A stretch of DNA of 64,000 bases from Paragordius varius (Eukaryota; Animalia; Nematomorpha), in NCBI GenBank assembly GCA_964247055.1, contig OZ176050.1, positions 10,912,001 through 10,976,000 on the forward strand. Reading direction: 5' to 3'. The position numbers were made by a program, and so were the translations under genes. Every line of letters starts with the position of its first letter. Within the stretch, counting starts at the first letter, position 1. Under the pieces are notes generated by a model. The model made no database searches, was not told the origin of the DNA, and saw only the letters and a program-made list of their open reading frames with translations. This document shows positions 40,854 to 54,464 of this stretch, one piece after another.

Positions 40854-43130
40854 CAGGGCTTCTTAAAATTTTGTAATTCCCGACCCCATTTATGGTAGCA
40901 AGTTTCTTAAGGACCCCAACAATTCGAAAAACTCTTAAAAATTTTGTTGATAATATTTATCATGATTATTTCGGTTTTAAGAGATTGACAAAAATAAATC
41001 TTCAATTTTAATAAATTTTTATAACATCTTTTGATTCATAGTAAACTAATACAAGATATTATAATGATCGGTCTTTAAGAATGATATTATACAAATCCCC
41101 AGAAATGTGTTAAATGAACTCGTATGGCTTTTTAATTTTTTTGAAAATCAGCTCCAAAACCACGCCATTTTTGTATGGCGTTTCAGTTTTAAGGTAGACC
41201 CCTACCCAGAGACCTATCTGGAAAAAGCGCTGAGGTAAAATTTTTGCCTTTATAAGGCAGATATTTGGAATCATCTTTGATACCATCGTCCGATGGGTTA
41301 TTCTAAAAAATCCCTCAACACTAAATTATCGTTATATGATGGCGTATTTTAGGGCATAAAGGCCCCAATTAACAGCTAATTAAAAAAAAGCCTGATTTTA
41401 CCTGATAATATTTCAAGCTTTTAATGAGCTCAGGCTTCATATTCTGTAAATTAGCTCCAAAACAAACAATTTCTATATAGTCGCGCATTTTTCGGCGGGT
41501 AGCTCCTAACCCAGGGCGGGTAAAAAAGCGTTGGTTAAAATTTTTGCCCTCATATGGGGAATATCTGAATTTTCATGGAATGCATATGTTCCTATTAGAC
41601 TTTTCTGAAATTTGGCTCCAAAGGCATGCTGTCTCAAGATAATGACGCAGTTTTACGCGGTTAGCCTCTAACCAGGAGCGAAGTAAAAAAACGCTTGATT
41701 ATATTTTTTACCTTAATCCGGGTAATACCTGGTGTCATGATTGATTCCATATGCCCTCGTGGTGCCCCAAAACCAAAAAGTCATTCTATGGTGGCGCATT
41801 TTTTACGGGCAGGGGCCTAATTAAGGGTAATTTAATAAAACCCCTCTATTCAAATTTTTGCCTTTTTACGGGTAATATTTCAAGCTTTTATTGAACTCAT
41901 ATGGCCTGATAACTTTTCAAATATTTGCCTCCAAAGTCACGCTCTATCGATATGGCGGTGCCGTTGTAGGCCGGTAATCCCCTACCCAAAAGCCAAAATA
42001 AAAGACGTTCCATAAAATTTTTGCTTTTATAGGGAAATACCAGATAATTAAATCCATATGTTCTCAGTAGTTTTTGGAAAAATGGTCAAAACTAAATAAT
42101 AGTTCTATAACGCATTTTTTAAGGCGTAAAGGAGCATAATTAACGGCTATTTAAAAACCGCTAGACTTATATTTTTACGGGTAATATTTTAAACCCTTAT
42201 TAAACTTAGATGGCTTAGGTTATCTGAAAATTAACACCTAAACAACATAATTTCGATATAGGTGGCGCAGTTTTAGGCGGGTACCCTACCCAGACGCTGA
42301 TACAAAAAAAGCGCTTGATTGAAATTTTAGCCTTTTTACGGAGAATAAATCCTTATAGATCCATATGCTCTCATTAGTTTTTGGAAAAATTGGCGCGAAA
42401 CTAAAAAATCATTCTATGGTGGCGCATTTTTCAGGCTTGAAGGGCCTAATTAACGGCTAATTCTAAAAAACCGCACGTACTCATATGGCCTGATAGGTTT
42501 TTTGAAATTTAGCCCCAAAGGCACGTTATTTCCATATGACGGGGCACATTTTAGCGGGTATCTCCTTACCCAACAGCCAATATAAAAAATACGCTCGACT
42601 CAAATATTTGCTTGACAGGGAACATCTGGAATCCTTATTGAATTTTTAGGGTCTCATACCTTGGGCGAAAAATAGATTCAAAATTATTTTTGTGGACTTA
42701 GCTTTTTCAAAAAAGTGGCATTTTACGGGAGGAGCGGGTAAAAAGTGGGCCTAAATTATCGAGCCAACTATGTTCGGCGCAATTGAAAATAAGTAAGAAA
42801 GAATTATATTTGAAACAGAATGGTCCAACACGTTTTCAGTAAAATTGTCTCAGACACGTTTTGTGGACCTCTGTTTTCAAAAACCCGTTTTTTACACCGA
42901 ATGAGCCCGAACTGGTAACCTAATTCAAAAAAAGGGCGGGGCATTCAATAAATATATTTTTTCGACATTTGGATTTGAGTGGGTCTACCGGTTTGGAAAC
43001 AGATAACAAAACAGCATTTTCCATTTTTATAAATATATAGATTTTACAAGTAAAAAAACATTTTTTGTTAAATTTTAATTTTATCACTCGCGACCCCAAA
43101 CGGGGTCGCGACCCATATTAAGAAGCCTTG
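40854..43130. mobile_element. hAT (Charlie/Buster-type) non-autonomous element containing a Helitron insertion
   Basis: TIR CAGGGCTTCTTAA / TTAAGAAGCCTTG; TSD TTCTAAAC / TCCTAAAC (7/8); subterminal GCGACCCC..GGGGTCGCGACCC. Confidence 0.8.
41117..43041 (-). mobile_element. Non-autonomous Helitron copy (5' end intact, 3' truncated) with internal degenerate tandem repeats
   Basis: A|TCTATATATTTATAAAAATG 5' end at 43041; colinear inverted match to 57349-60000. Confidence 0.75.
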
Positions 43131-43238
43131 TCCTAAACGATAATTCAACTGGAAATAAACTAAAAATGATGATTAAAATCTGGATTTTAAATCTATATTT
43201 AACATAAAGTGATGTGTAAAATTCTTCGTCAATAGTAA

Positions 43239-43279
43239 TTGCAAACTAGTTTCGTGCTTGTTGGCACTGATCTGCACGA
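43239..43279 (-). ncRNA. Degenerate hammerhead copy, same family as 39531-39571
   Basis: UCGUG-CAGAUCA-GUGC caacaa GCAC-GAAA-CUAG-UU-UGCAA; flanks match the 39516-39585 copy. Confidence 0.65.
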
Positions 43280-43570
43280 CACAACTATTTGGGGATATTC
43301 ACATAACAAATACGGATTCAATTTTAAATACAGTCGGTTATACAAATTTAAATTACATAGAACTAAATTTACCAAATCTGGCGAAAATTTGAGAATAAAT
43401 TATATTTTTTGCGTTATTTTACGACGACTCCTACATCATTTACATTACAAACTCTCGTCGTTACCCACTCAATTAAACTTAATATTTGTTCGAAACTTCA
43501 TGACTTTTTGTTATTTTTTAGACAAGAGCGATAAATTTGAATATCTCAGAGTAAATTTATGATATTTTCC

Positions 43571-44098
43571 AGTTCGATTAAAATTGGGGTTTTGGAAACT
43601 CCAGGCCTGTTTAAAATTAAATTCTTTAAAAAATATGGAAGGAATCGAAATCATGACAAAACTTTGCACTTATATAACATTAATAAACAAAAATATATAA
43701 AATATTTTATTCAAAAATACTTGATATTGCTTATTTCAAGCTAAAACCCAAAGTAAAAAAACAACGTGACATGTGTGCAGTAAAATTGAAAATAATACAA
43801 GATACCACTTTTTCTATTTCTATTAATGTTAGTAATTTTAAAAAAATAACTTTAATTTTACCTTAAAAATTAAATGAGGACGATATTTTGCAAAAATTTT
43901 GTAAAATAAAAATGGAGTCGAAGTAGTTTGACGTGAAACTTTTTTTCAAAACAAAATTTTATTTTGATATTTTGGCTTATTTATATAAATTTTTATTAGG
44001 GTAGATGCATAAATTTACAAGACCGTTCATTAATTTTTTAAAAAAAGTATTTTAAATTTAGTATGGGGTATTTAGATACCGCAATTCGAATCGAAGTG
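43571..44098. mobile_element. piggyBac-like MITE, paralog of 3940-4433
   Basis: Colinear similarity; right end ATCGAAGTG|TTAA. Confidence 0.6.
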
Positions 44099-45295
44099 TT
44101 AAACCAAATATAGGAATCACTCTATCGTCTTTAGAATTCTATTCTAAAAATTTGAAAATTGTATCATTATAAAAAATCCTCCTCTAGCCGCTTTTTTCTG
44201 TACTAACGTATGAAATATTATTATTATTTGAAATTTAATCACTTCAATACAAATTATCCTATGCCGTTTGATACGAATTGGGGTCCTGTAAGAGTCGGAA
44301 CCTGTGAAAATTAAATGATTTACAAATTATTAAATGGTATGAATTAATTAAAAAATTTTCACTCATAACATTAATGACCCAAAATATAAAAAATTCAATA
44401 GTCTCTTAATAAATTTTTAGCCTAAATCTAGAGGCAAAAATTAAACCGGTTTAAATGAGTTAGCTAAGGCTCTAATATATTGCTGTGAACCGTTTAATCT
44501 TTCTGAATTATATATTTTGAAATATGGTATGGAATTATTCTAAAAACTAAAATTAATCTAAATATTTTATTTTAAATATTTTCATTTCGATCAAAGCATA
44601 TATTTACTTCACTTCGATTCGAATAGGGGATATGATCCAATATATTGATATTAATAAAAAACAAAGGGCCAGTGCCAATCTTATGCTATCCTAATAAAAA
44701 TTATATAAATAAGCCAAATAATATGATAAATTAAGTTATAAAAAAATCGATATCAAACTGCGTCGAGGCCATTTTTATTTACATTTAATCATATTTTATA
44801 AATATGAATATTATACTGGGCACTCAATGCCACAATTTGAATCGAAGGACTGAAACAAATTTGGTGAATAATAATTGAAGTTGGCTGGCTGTTTCAGTTA
44901 CCCAATCGAGGTGTTAATTGATTATTATTGGCAACAATTTTTAGTAATTATGAGCTGTTTTTTAATCAGCAAAAACAAGGAGTTTTTTAAAAAAACGTGG
45001 AAGTAAACTGAAAAACTATAATTAAAATATTTAAAATACCTATGAACACCAAAATTTACTAATCCTTAACGGGTATATTAGCTGATAGCTAGATGTTCGC
45101 TTATAATTTTTTAACAAATAAACACTTAAAGCTATTTGTTTTCTTTATTAAATTATTTTATATACAATCAGTAAACTTAAATTAAGCATATTTTGCAGGA
45201 CAAAAATTAGATTTAATCATTTTTTCTAGTGCTTAAATTTTACCATTTAGTCAATAAATAAATTTATATTTTCCTCGTGATAAAATATACTTCCC

Positions 45296-45513
45296 ATGGA
45301 TCAAGCTACGCTTGCTAAAGTTGATGAAATTCTTGGACGAACAGGCTCTCAGGGTCAATGTACACAAGTAATTAAAATTATAATTGTCAGGTAAAATGTA
45401 CAATTGTTGGAGATAAAAGTCGGACTTTAATAAGAAATGTCAAAGGACCCGTCCGAAAAGATGATATTTTGACACTCCTTGAAACTGAACGTGAAGCGCG
45501 TCGTTTAAGATAA
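45296..45513 (+). CDS. RPS28: 40S ribosomal protein S28 (64 aa). Exons 45296-45367, 45391-45513
   Basis: [24 protein letters not shown]|[40 protein letters not shown]; 23-nt GT-AG intron. Confidence 0.97.
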
Positions 45514-45933
45514 ATTATTACTGTCAATAAATTATGTTTTATTATTATATAGATTAAATTTTATTTTATAAATGCCAAAGTTCTTCACTCCATAAATATT
45601 TATCTATTTTCTGCTACATTAGTTTTACATCTTTTAGCTTATGTATTGCAACGTTATCCCTTTTTGGGGATTGATAAAACAATTTTGTTAATTTTTATAA
45701 TGTGTCTTTAATTTTTTAATGGATTAAAACAGTGGTGCTTAAACCGTTGCCCTAAAAATGCTTTTATAGCTCGTATTTATTTATTAAACTTTTTTATATA
45801 TTTATTTGTTTTATATTTGCGAATATTTCAATGAAAATTTTTCAATATTATAGCCATTGAAAAGAAAAATATATTTTTTCCCTGGAGAGTACTAATAATT
45901 GAGCAGCGGTACTAAAATTTGGCGGGCCAAATA

Positions 45934-48214
45934 TAAGGTGACCAGATTTTTTGAAGGAAAAAGCGGGACAAATCTGAGAAAGGGGGGGGGGGGGTTATGA
46001 GGTGGGGTGTACAACCAAAAATTTTTATACAAAAAATTTATTGTAGTATTTATTTATTTTTAACACAAATACATTATAAATATAAAAAACATTTAACTTG
46101 GTATATTTTTTATTTGAGTAAATGCGTTTTAGCAGATTGTCATCATTTTATAAAATATTGTAGAAGTCTTCAAAAGAATTTGTCAAATTATATTTGACAA
46201 ATAAAATGGTAAAGTTTCAACATTTAAATTTGATTTTTCCGATACCCACATTTGATTTACTGTGGAAAAAACGCGCTCAGTAGCAGCGTTGGTTCCAGGT
46301 AAAGATAATGCAAATTCTACAATTTTTAAAATATTATATGGAACATAGTTTGTTTCAAAATGATGAAATATATCTAACCATTTCTTTTCTATTGATTTTC
46401 TTCTGTTGTCCAAAATTTAAGTTTTTCATTATTAATATATTTTATAACTAATGATACTTTAGAAAAAAGATATTTTCTGAAAGGTTACTTTTTGGGAATT
46501 TTTGGGAGATGAAGAAATGATTTTTGAACATCGCACCAATTAAATTATGGTTTTAATGTTATCCAATGAAAATGATCAATTTCATTAAATTGCACCGTCC
46601 AGTCTTCCAATCTTTACAGTTTGTATAAAACATTTTTAATGGTACAGGATATCTTGGCGATTTATTAAGCCTTGTTTTTCTTAATTATTTATAATATTGC
46701 GGATGGTTACTGGTATAAAATTATTTTATAACCTTTCTTGACATTGGAATTTTTTAATAACATTTGAAAGAGAGAAACTTGATTATGTAGGAATAACCAT
46801 ATTGAAGAATCACTTTCAAAAAACTTTTCCAAAGTTGTAGGACATTTGTCCTGTGATAAAAAATAGGATTTAAAGGATCATTTTTTAAAATTCCATAGCT
46901 GGCAGAAGAGCAAACCAACGAGTTTTACAATATCCAAGCATTTTTTAAAATTGATGCATTTGCACAGAATTTGCGTTTCAACGCGCTACCGTGTATATAA
47001 AAATAGGAATATATCTTAACAACTACATTTTCCACATCTAGGGGTAAGAAATCAGCAGCTTTTTGAATAGCGTTGTGTATGCTCTGCACACCCAACGTCA
47101 ATAATGTTTTGATTAAGATTATCTGCTAATTACTGAAAATTATTTTTTGTTCCCCTCCTTGCTTTTCCACAGAAGTTCGTATTGGTGTTGTCACCGCAAT
47201 ATGGGATGATTTTGTCTTTTAAATTATTTTTTCCTAGAATATTCATTACTGAAGTAATATTATGTCGGAAGTCGCACCGGGTAGAGAAATAAAATTCAAA
47301 ATTTTAATTTTACTCCGGTTTCTGCAAAATATTTTATTAACGTGGGAAATAATTTTGTTTCCTGATTTGATACATCAGAGTATGGCGATATGAAATTAAT
47401 TTTCAGCAAATCTTTTAGTATTCAGAAAATGCATGTGGCGAAAGGACAATGCATACAATGGCTTGAGCCTTACGGGCACGAATAACATGTGAGGTACAAT
47501 CCATAGATCTAAAGGAATGATTGTGATTAACGCGTGAAAAGATAAAACGTCTTCGGCTAGTGCCTAATTCTTTTCTACCTCTCTAAAAGCGGTTTTACGA
47601 TAAAAATCGCTCATTTTGTAGGATGATGCCACCATATCTAAACATTTTTTATGTTTCTGTGTTTCCATATGCTTTGTAATATCATGCTTACCGCCATGTG
47701 GTAGGGTGAACCCCTCACATAAGCATTTAACAAATGATTCATTCTTCGTTTTTTTGATAAAAGGAAATTCTTTCATTAAATCATCGTTAAATTTACAACT
47801 TCTTTTTGTACTCATATTTTAAACTAATATTAATATAAAAAAATTACCTTAATTTTCTGGAGTAAACGTATAAGCTACCGATTTGTGATATTAATTTGTC
47901 TTTTTGATAATGTTGGCAGTAGGATTAGGAATCAAAGTATAATCAAATGATATAAATTTGAAAAATATAGATATTTTTAATTTAAATAAAAAACTTTAAT
48001 TTATAATTGATATAGATTTTAAAGATAACTAATGATAAAAAATATAAACGGATAAAAAAAATAAATTTTTTATAAAAAATTTAAATGTATTTAAAAAAAA
48101 ATTTTTTTTATATAATCGTGAAAAAGCGGGACATTTCAAAAACGCAGCGGGACGCGGAACAAAGTGTGAAAAAGCGGGACTGTCCCGCCAAAAGCGGGAC
48201 GTCTGGTCACCTTA
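45934..48214 (-). mobile_element. Full-length decayed hAT (Blackjack-type) element
   Basis: TIR TAAGGTGACCAGA / TCTGGTCACCTTA; perfect TSD GCCAAATA. N-terminal zinc-finger-like ORF 47564-47815 and hATC-like ORF 46183-46413 (ALSLPGTNAATERVFS). Confidence 0.92.
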
Positions 48215-48741
48215 GCCAAATATAATATTTTTTAGAGGGCCATGAACCTTATAATGCCAAATGTTCCATAGCTATTTGACACATATGCACATATTTATCC
48301 TCTAGATCAGCACAATAAATTTTTTGCGGATCTCATGTACATCCAGCTAAAAACTCGTTTTGTACCATTTAATTTAAAAAATTAAAATATTTGATGACAT
48401 TTATTTTGATATTAATCAATAATTTTTGACAAATTTGGTTTTGCCTCATGACAGGCCAATCTTAATACGTCTACCATATGATCATCGGTTAAGCGTCTGT
48501 ATGTATTCTTGACATGCTTTAGAATATGATGTCTCACACGTACATGTAAGTTGATGGAAAAATAGTTAGGATAACTTGATCACATTTTTTTATATTTTCA
48601 TATTTATTTGGCGCATCTTGTTAAAACTCTACATATCTCTCTTCTCTACGATTCTCCTTGAATATAGCCTCCAAATTGGAATCATTTTTAAAATCTACGA
48701 ATTCCCAAAAGCTCAAGTTGCTAAATATTGGATATCATATG

Positions 48742-50770
48742 CAGCGGTACTCAAACCGCGGGCCGCATGTGACCCTAAGAGTGCTTTAAAATTGCCCCAT
48801 GACCATATTGACACTTAAATTATTTTTTTATTAATGAATTCTTAAAATAAACAAACGAATTTTCGTTTATTTTAATATTAATTTATTTTCTTTAGATTTA
48901 ATTTTGTTAATTTTTATTTTTTATCCAATTTGAAATGAAAAAAATTTCCCTACATTAAATGATTTTAAAATTTTGGCACACGTTGTTTCTGTTTCTGTAT
49001 TCTGTTTTTTTCTATTTTGAAATTGTTATTTCATTCCTTTTTTGTATTTAAGCAAGCCTTTCACCCAAATTTACATATACATATTCTTTCCATTGATATC
49101 CTGCATCATTTTATATTAGCATCATTAAATTTTTACTTCTTTTTTTATAGAATTTTAATAATATTCCTATTTTTTTGAAAAAATTTACATAATATTAAAC
49201 ATAAATTCAAAGGATGACATCTAATGCTAAAAAACGTATATTATCCGATGAAAATTGCTCCTTTAGAAAGAATTGGAAAAATAATTCTTTGTCGTTTTAA
49301 ATAAAAACGTTGTTACCTGCTTATATGTAAGGACAATAATTATAAAAAATGAAAGACATCTCAATACGATAGATAACGACAACATAATCAACGATGAATA
49401 TTTAAAATTTTTACCAATGAATAATACCACGAAAAAAGTGATTTTCTCGAAATGCATTTTTTTTCAATAATAATGGTTATGAAAAAATTGGTTTTGATCA
49501 GCACAGATGGTTGTCCCTTTATGATTGGAATCAACAAAGGATTTACTCCTCTTTTGAAAACAAATATAATCTGCAAAATATTCAATTCTTTCATTGCTTT
49601 ATTCATTAGCAAAACTTAGTTTCTCGTGTAAAAGATGAATCACTCAATTCAGTAATTAAAACGGTTGTGGGTATAGTTAACCACATCGGTGGCAGAAAAT
49701 TCAACCGCCGTAAATTTTGAAAGATACTACAGTGAGTTTGATAATATTCTTTTGTATACCGCTGTGAGATGGCTAAGCTTTAGCAAAGTATTAAATAGAT
49801 TTTTTGTTTTAGGACATGAAATTCTATTATTTATAAAAGATAACAGAAAGTTTGACGAGGAATTTAATAGTGACAAATGGTGGGTTTTATTAGCCTACCT
49901 CTGTGACATTACTTATAAACTTAGTATTTTTTAATACAAGTCTTCAAGGGAGCAAAATAATAGCCCAATTTGCCAATCAAATATTTGCTTTTGAAGAAAA
50001 ATTAATAATATATAAACAAGATTTTATAAATAAAACACTTATATTTTCCAATAATTAAAACGATTCATGAAGAAAATATGGAATTTACCGCGGAGATTAA
50101 TTTAATAATAGACAATCATTTAACATTTTTATCTAATGAGATGAAATTCAACTAGAATTCAGAAACATCAAAAATTGCTTAAAACTCGTTGAAAATCCAT
50201 GGCATGTGGATTTATCTAATATTAGACAACTTGAACATTTTGGTTTCCATCAGGTTCATATCATTGTAGAATTCGTAGATTTTGAAAATGATTTCAATTA
50301 AGCTTATTCAAGGAGAATGGTAAAGAAGAAAGAGTATAGTTTTGGCAAAATGTGCCAAATAAATATGAAAATTGTGTTCAAGTTATCCTAACTTTTTTCC
50401 CTCAACTTAAACGTGTGGGACGGCATATGCATGAAGTATGTCAAGAATACATACAGAAATCACTTAACCGATGATCATATGGACCACGTATTAAGATTAG
50501 CCTGTCATGAGGCGAAACCTAATTTGTCAAAAATAATTGGTTAATATCAAAATAAATGTTGTTATCAAAATATAATTTTTTTATCTAAATGGTGCAAAAC
50601 GAGTTTTTAGCTGGATTTACACGCGATCCGCAAAAAATTAATTGTGCTGATTTAGAGTATAAATATGTGCATATGTGTCAATTAGATTTGGAATATTTGC
50701 CATTATAGGGTTCATGGCCCTCGAAATATATTTTATTTGGCCCGTCAAATTTTTTTGGTGAGTACCAGTG
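48742..50770 (+). mobile_element. Inner Charlie/SPIN-like hAT copy in opposite orientation
   Basis: TIR CAGCGGTACTC / GAGTACCAGTG; near-TSD (T/A)CATATG. Decayed transposase (LYTAVRWLSFSKVLNRFF, WWVLLAYLCDI). Confidence 0.85.
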
Positions 50771-52699
50771 ACATATGCCATGGATTTTCAACAAGTTTTA
50801 AGCAATTTGAAATATTTTTTAATTCTTGAAATCTGAATTTCATCTCATTAGATAAAAATGTTAAATGATTGTCTATTATCAAATTAATCTTCGGTAATTC
50901 CATATTTTCTTCATGAATCGTTTTAAGTGTTAGAAAATATAGAAGTGTTTTATTTATAAAATCTTGTTTATATATTATTAATTTTTCTTCAGCAAATATT
51001 TGATTAGCGAATTAGGTTAATATTTTCCTCCCTTAAAGATTTGTATTAAAATTAGTAAGTTTATAAGTAATGTCGCAAAGGTAGGATAATAAAATTCACC
51101 ATTTGTCATTATTAATTTTCTCGTCAACCTAAAGAAAAAATCTATTTAATACTTTTCTAAGACTTAGCCATCTCACAGCGGTGTACAAAACAATATCATC
51201 AAACTCACTGTGGATATTTTTCAAAGGGTTTTTACGGCGGTTGAATTCTCTGCCACGGATGTGGTTAGCTATATCAACAACCGTTTTAATTACTGAATTG
51301 TGTGATTCATCCTTTAAACTAGAAACCAAGTTTCGCTGATGAATAAAGTTGTAAAATGATAAAATATTTTGCAAATTAAATTTGTTTTTCAAAAGAGGAA
51401 TAAATCCTATGTTCATTGCAATCATAGAGGGACAGCCATCTGTGCAGATCGAAACCAATTTTTTCATAGATATATTTTTATTATCGAAAAAAGTTGCTAA
51501 TTTTTTTGAGAAAATCACTTCCTTTCGTGGTATTATTCATTGGTAAAATTTTTAAATTGGTTAATTATGTTTTCGTTTCAAAATCTCACGAAGAGGGCAC
51601 ATTGAGGGGTTGAACAAATATCAGTAGAATCAATAGCAATACTAAAATATTTGCTGATTTTCAGAGCCAATAATGTATTGGTAAAAATATAATTAGACAT
51701 AGCTTCAATGCGTCGAGCACATGTTGAATCAGAAAGTTGAAGTTTTTAATGTGCCTCAAGATTTGATATTTATTATAAAATTTATCAAATAAGTGCAACC
51801 ATTTATTAGACATTCTTTTATTAGTAGGGAATCAGTAAACGGTTTCATGTTTTTTCCTAGAATAAGCAAATTTCATACGAAGCTAATGGTACAGCTTTTT
51901 CCTGGGAGAAAGCTATGGACAAGATTCTCTTTTCTGGTATAATTCCTAATTTTTATATTTTTCGTTTCTTTCCTCCTGATTTTCTGGTATATAATGATGG
52001 ATATATCTTTCATTATTCTATTTTTTATAATTATGTTGTCGTTACATATAAGGCAGGTAACAACATTTTTATTTCAAACGACAAAGAATTTTTCTTACCA
52101 TTCTTTTTTAAGGAGAGATTTTCATTGGATAATTTACGTGCATTAGATGTCATCCTTTGATATTATGTTTAAATATTATGTAAATTTTTCAAAAAATAGG
52201 AATATAATTTGAATTATGCTATAAAAAGTCAGGTCGAAATTTAATGATGTTGATTTGAAAAATATTTTATGGGAATGAGTTATAGAAAATGATGCAAGAT
52301 AGCAATGAAAAGAAGTATATGCAAGTTTGGGAGAAAGGCTTGCTCAAATACAAAAAAGGAATGCAATAAAAATTTCAAATAGAAACGAAAATAGAATACA
52401 GAAACAGAAACAGAAACAATGATTGCCAAATTGAAATCATTTTATAGGGAAATTTTTCTACATTTCAAATTGGATAAATAAAAATTACCAAAATTAAAGC
52501 TAAAGAAAATAAATTAATATTAAAATAAGCGAAAATAATTTTATTTGTATTTTAAAAATTGATCAATAAAAAAAATAACTTGAGTAATATGGTCAGTCAT
52601 AGGGCAATTTTGAAGCACTCTTAGGGCCGCATGCGCCGCGGGCCGCGGTTTGAATATCACTGATTTAGAATATAAATTCTATGCTCCAAACAGCTCTGG

Positions 52700-53010
52700 T
52701 ATATATATATATATATATCGGCATTATGGCCCTTATGAAAATTCATTCATTTGTATGGGGATTTGCCATTAATTGGCGGTACACCCTTTTTTCCAATCTT
52801 CTTGCTACTTCTAGATTTAAATTAAGCGATTCGAGGTCTTTTGTTATTGTGGTGAGCCATGTGATATGGGGTCGACCGGATTTAGCAGGTAGTTCAACCG
52901 AGTAATTTTTCATAGTTTTAAGAATATGGGTATCTTGCCGTCTTTCAACATGTCCAGCCCAATGTAACTGGAGATTCCTGATGAATTTGTTTATGGCGTT
53001 GAGATTTAGT
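52700..53010 (-). mobile_element. RTE-like LINE 3' fragment ending at (TA)n
   Basis: Minus-strand NAINKFIRNLQLHWAGHVERRQD..KSGRPHITWLTTITKDL, typical of RTE ORF C-termini. Confidence 0.7.
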
Positions 53011-54464
53011 ATATGTAGGGTGACCAGACGTCCCGATGGTATTTTTAAAGAAAAATATTTTTTCGCTTTAAATTTTTTTTGTAAGTACCACTAAATTGGC
53101 CGGCCAATTTATAAGATAATTAAAGAATTTTGGTTGAAGGTTGAATCATTTTTTTGGCATTATAGCAATCACCCATTTTTGCAGTACCGTTTCACTCTTA
53201 AATATACAACAAAAAAAATTGAGTATCGTAAAAAAAAATTTGATGTATTTCCGAAATATGGATCAAGATTCTCATGGTGTTTTTAATTTTGTCGCTTACG
53301 AGTCATTTAAAATTGATATTTCCATTTTTTGGTAATTGTTTTATATCGAAAAGTCGCAAAATTAGCCTAAATTTTATAAATAATATTTTGTGGGGGAAAT
53401 CTTAAAATTATCTTTTTATCTCATAAATTATACTTTAAAAGTAAAACAGTATGTTATATTTTAACTTTATAGGCTCCAAAAGTACCTTTTTTAGACCCCT
53501 CTAATAGGGCCGGTTTTCTTAAAAATAAAATTATTTCCCTAATTTGTAAAATATCTTATTTCTAACACCTATATAAAAAAAATTCAGTAAAATCAATTAT
53601 ATACTTTCATTATCTATCAAAAATGTCAACAAAAAACATGCGCCTAGGAGCGATTTTTCAATAATTTAGGAGCATTTTAATGCTTAGCAAATAATATTTA
53701 GGGACGGCGCTTATAATATATAATTTATAAGCCATAAAAGCGCAACTGGATTATTTGATTAATTTATTTAAAATAAATCGGCTATTAAATGATAAACTTA
53801 CCATCAACATTTTGTGGGCACCGTTTTACATAAATGCAGTATTTATAAAAATAACTAATTTTTGGCCCGATTTTCCCACTTTTATCTAATATATGTATCG
53901 CTAAACGAGTGTTGTAAAATAAATTATTTAATGCAAACAGTTTGATAAAAAAACATCATTGAACTAAAATACGAGTTTCATCAAATCCATCGCTACTATT
54001 TATTACACCTTATTTCAAAACAGTTTTAAGCTCTTTTGTCAAATTTTTACTGCCAAAAAATTACTTATTAGATCGGTTTTTTATCCGTTAATCATATTAA
54101 CGTATTATATGTCAATATAACCTACTTATCATCACGACCATAAGTAGCAATGATCTTATATTGCTTGTCAACGGAAATTATATGGTGCTGTTTCGTTGAG
54201 CTATAACTTTTTAATTTATATTCAATTTAAATAGTTATGGTTCATTCATAACTGAGTAAAAAAATTAACATAAATTATTGCAATTCAAATTATTTTCGAA
54301 TAAATATTGAATTGATTTCATGTAAAATATAACTCCAATTATATTTTATTGTATTAATAAATATATTTTGTGTGCCATTACATATATGTGAGAAAATTAG
54401 CAGTTAGATGTTGGCACTTTGGGCAAATGTCAAAAAGAATTTGGTCAGGGTTATCTAAATTTAC

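Larger units (their letters stand above)
45904..52662 (-). mobile_element. Outer Charlie/SPIN-like (Buster) hAT element, interrupted by two insertions
   Basis: Ends CAGCGGTACT (45904) and GAATATCACTG (52662). Decayed transposase (LYTAVRWLSLRKVLNRFF, ORF 51129-51518) resumes across the inner copy at 48223-48741. Confidence 0.8.
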
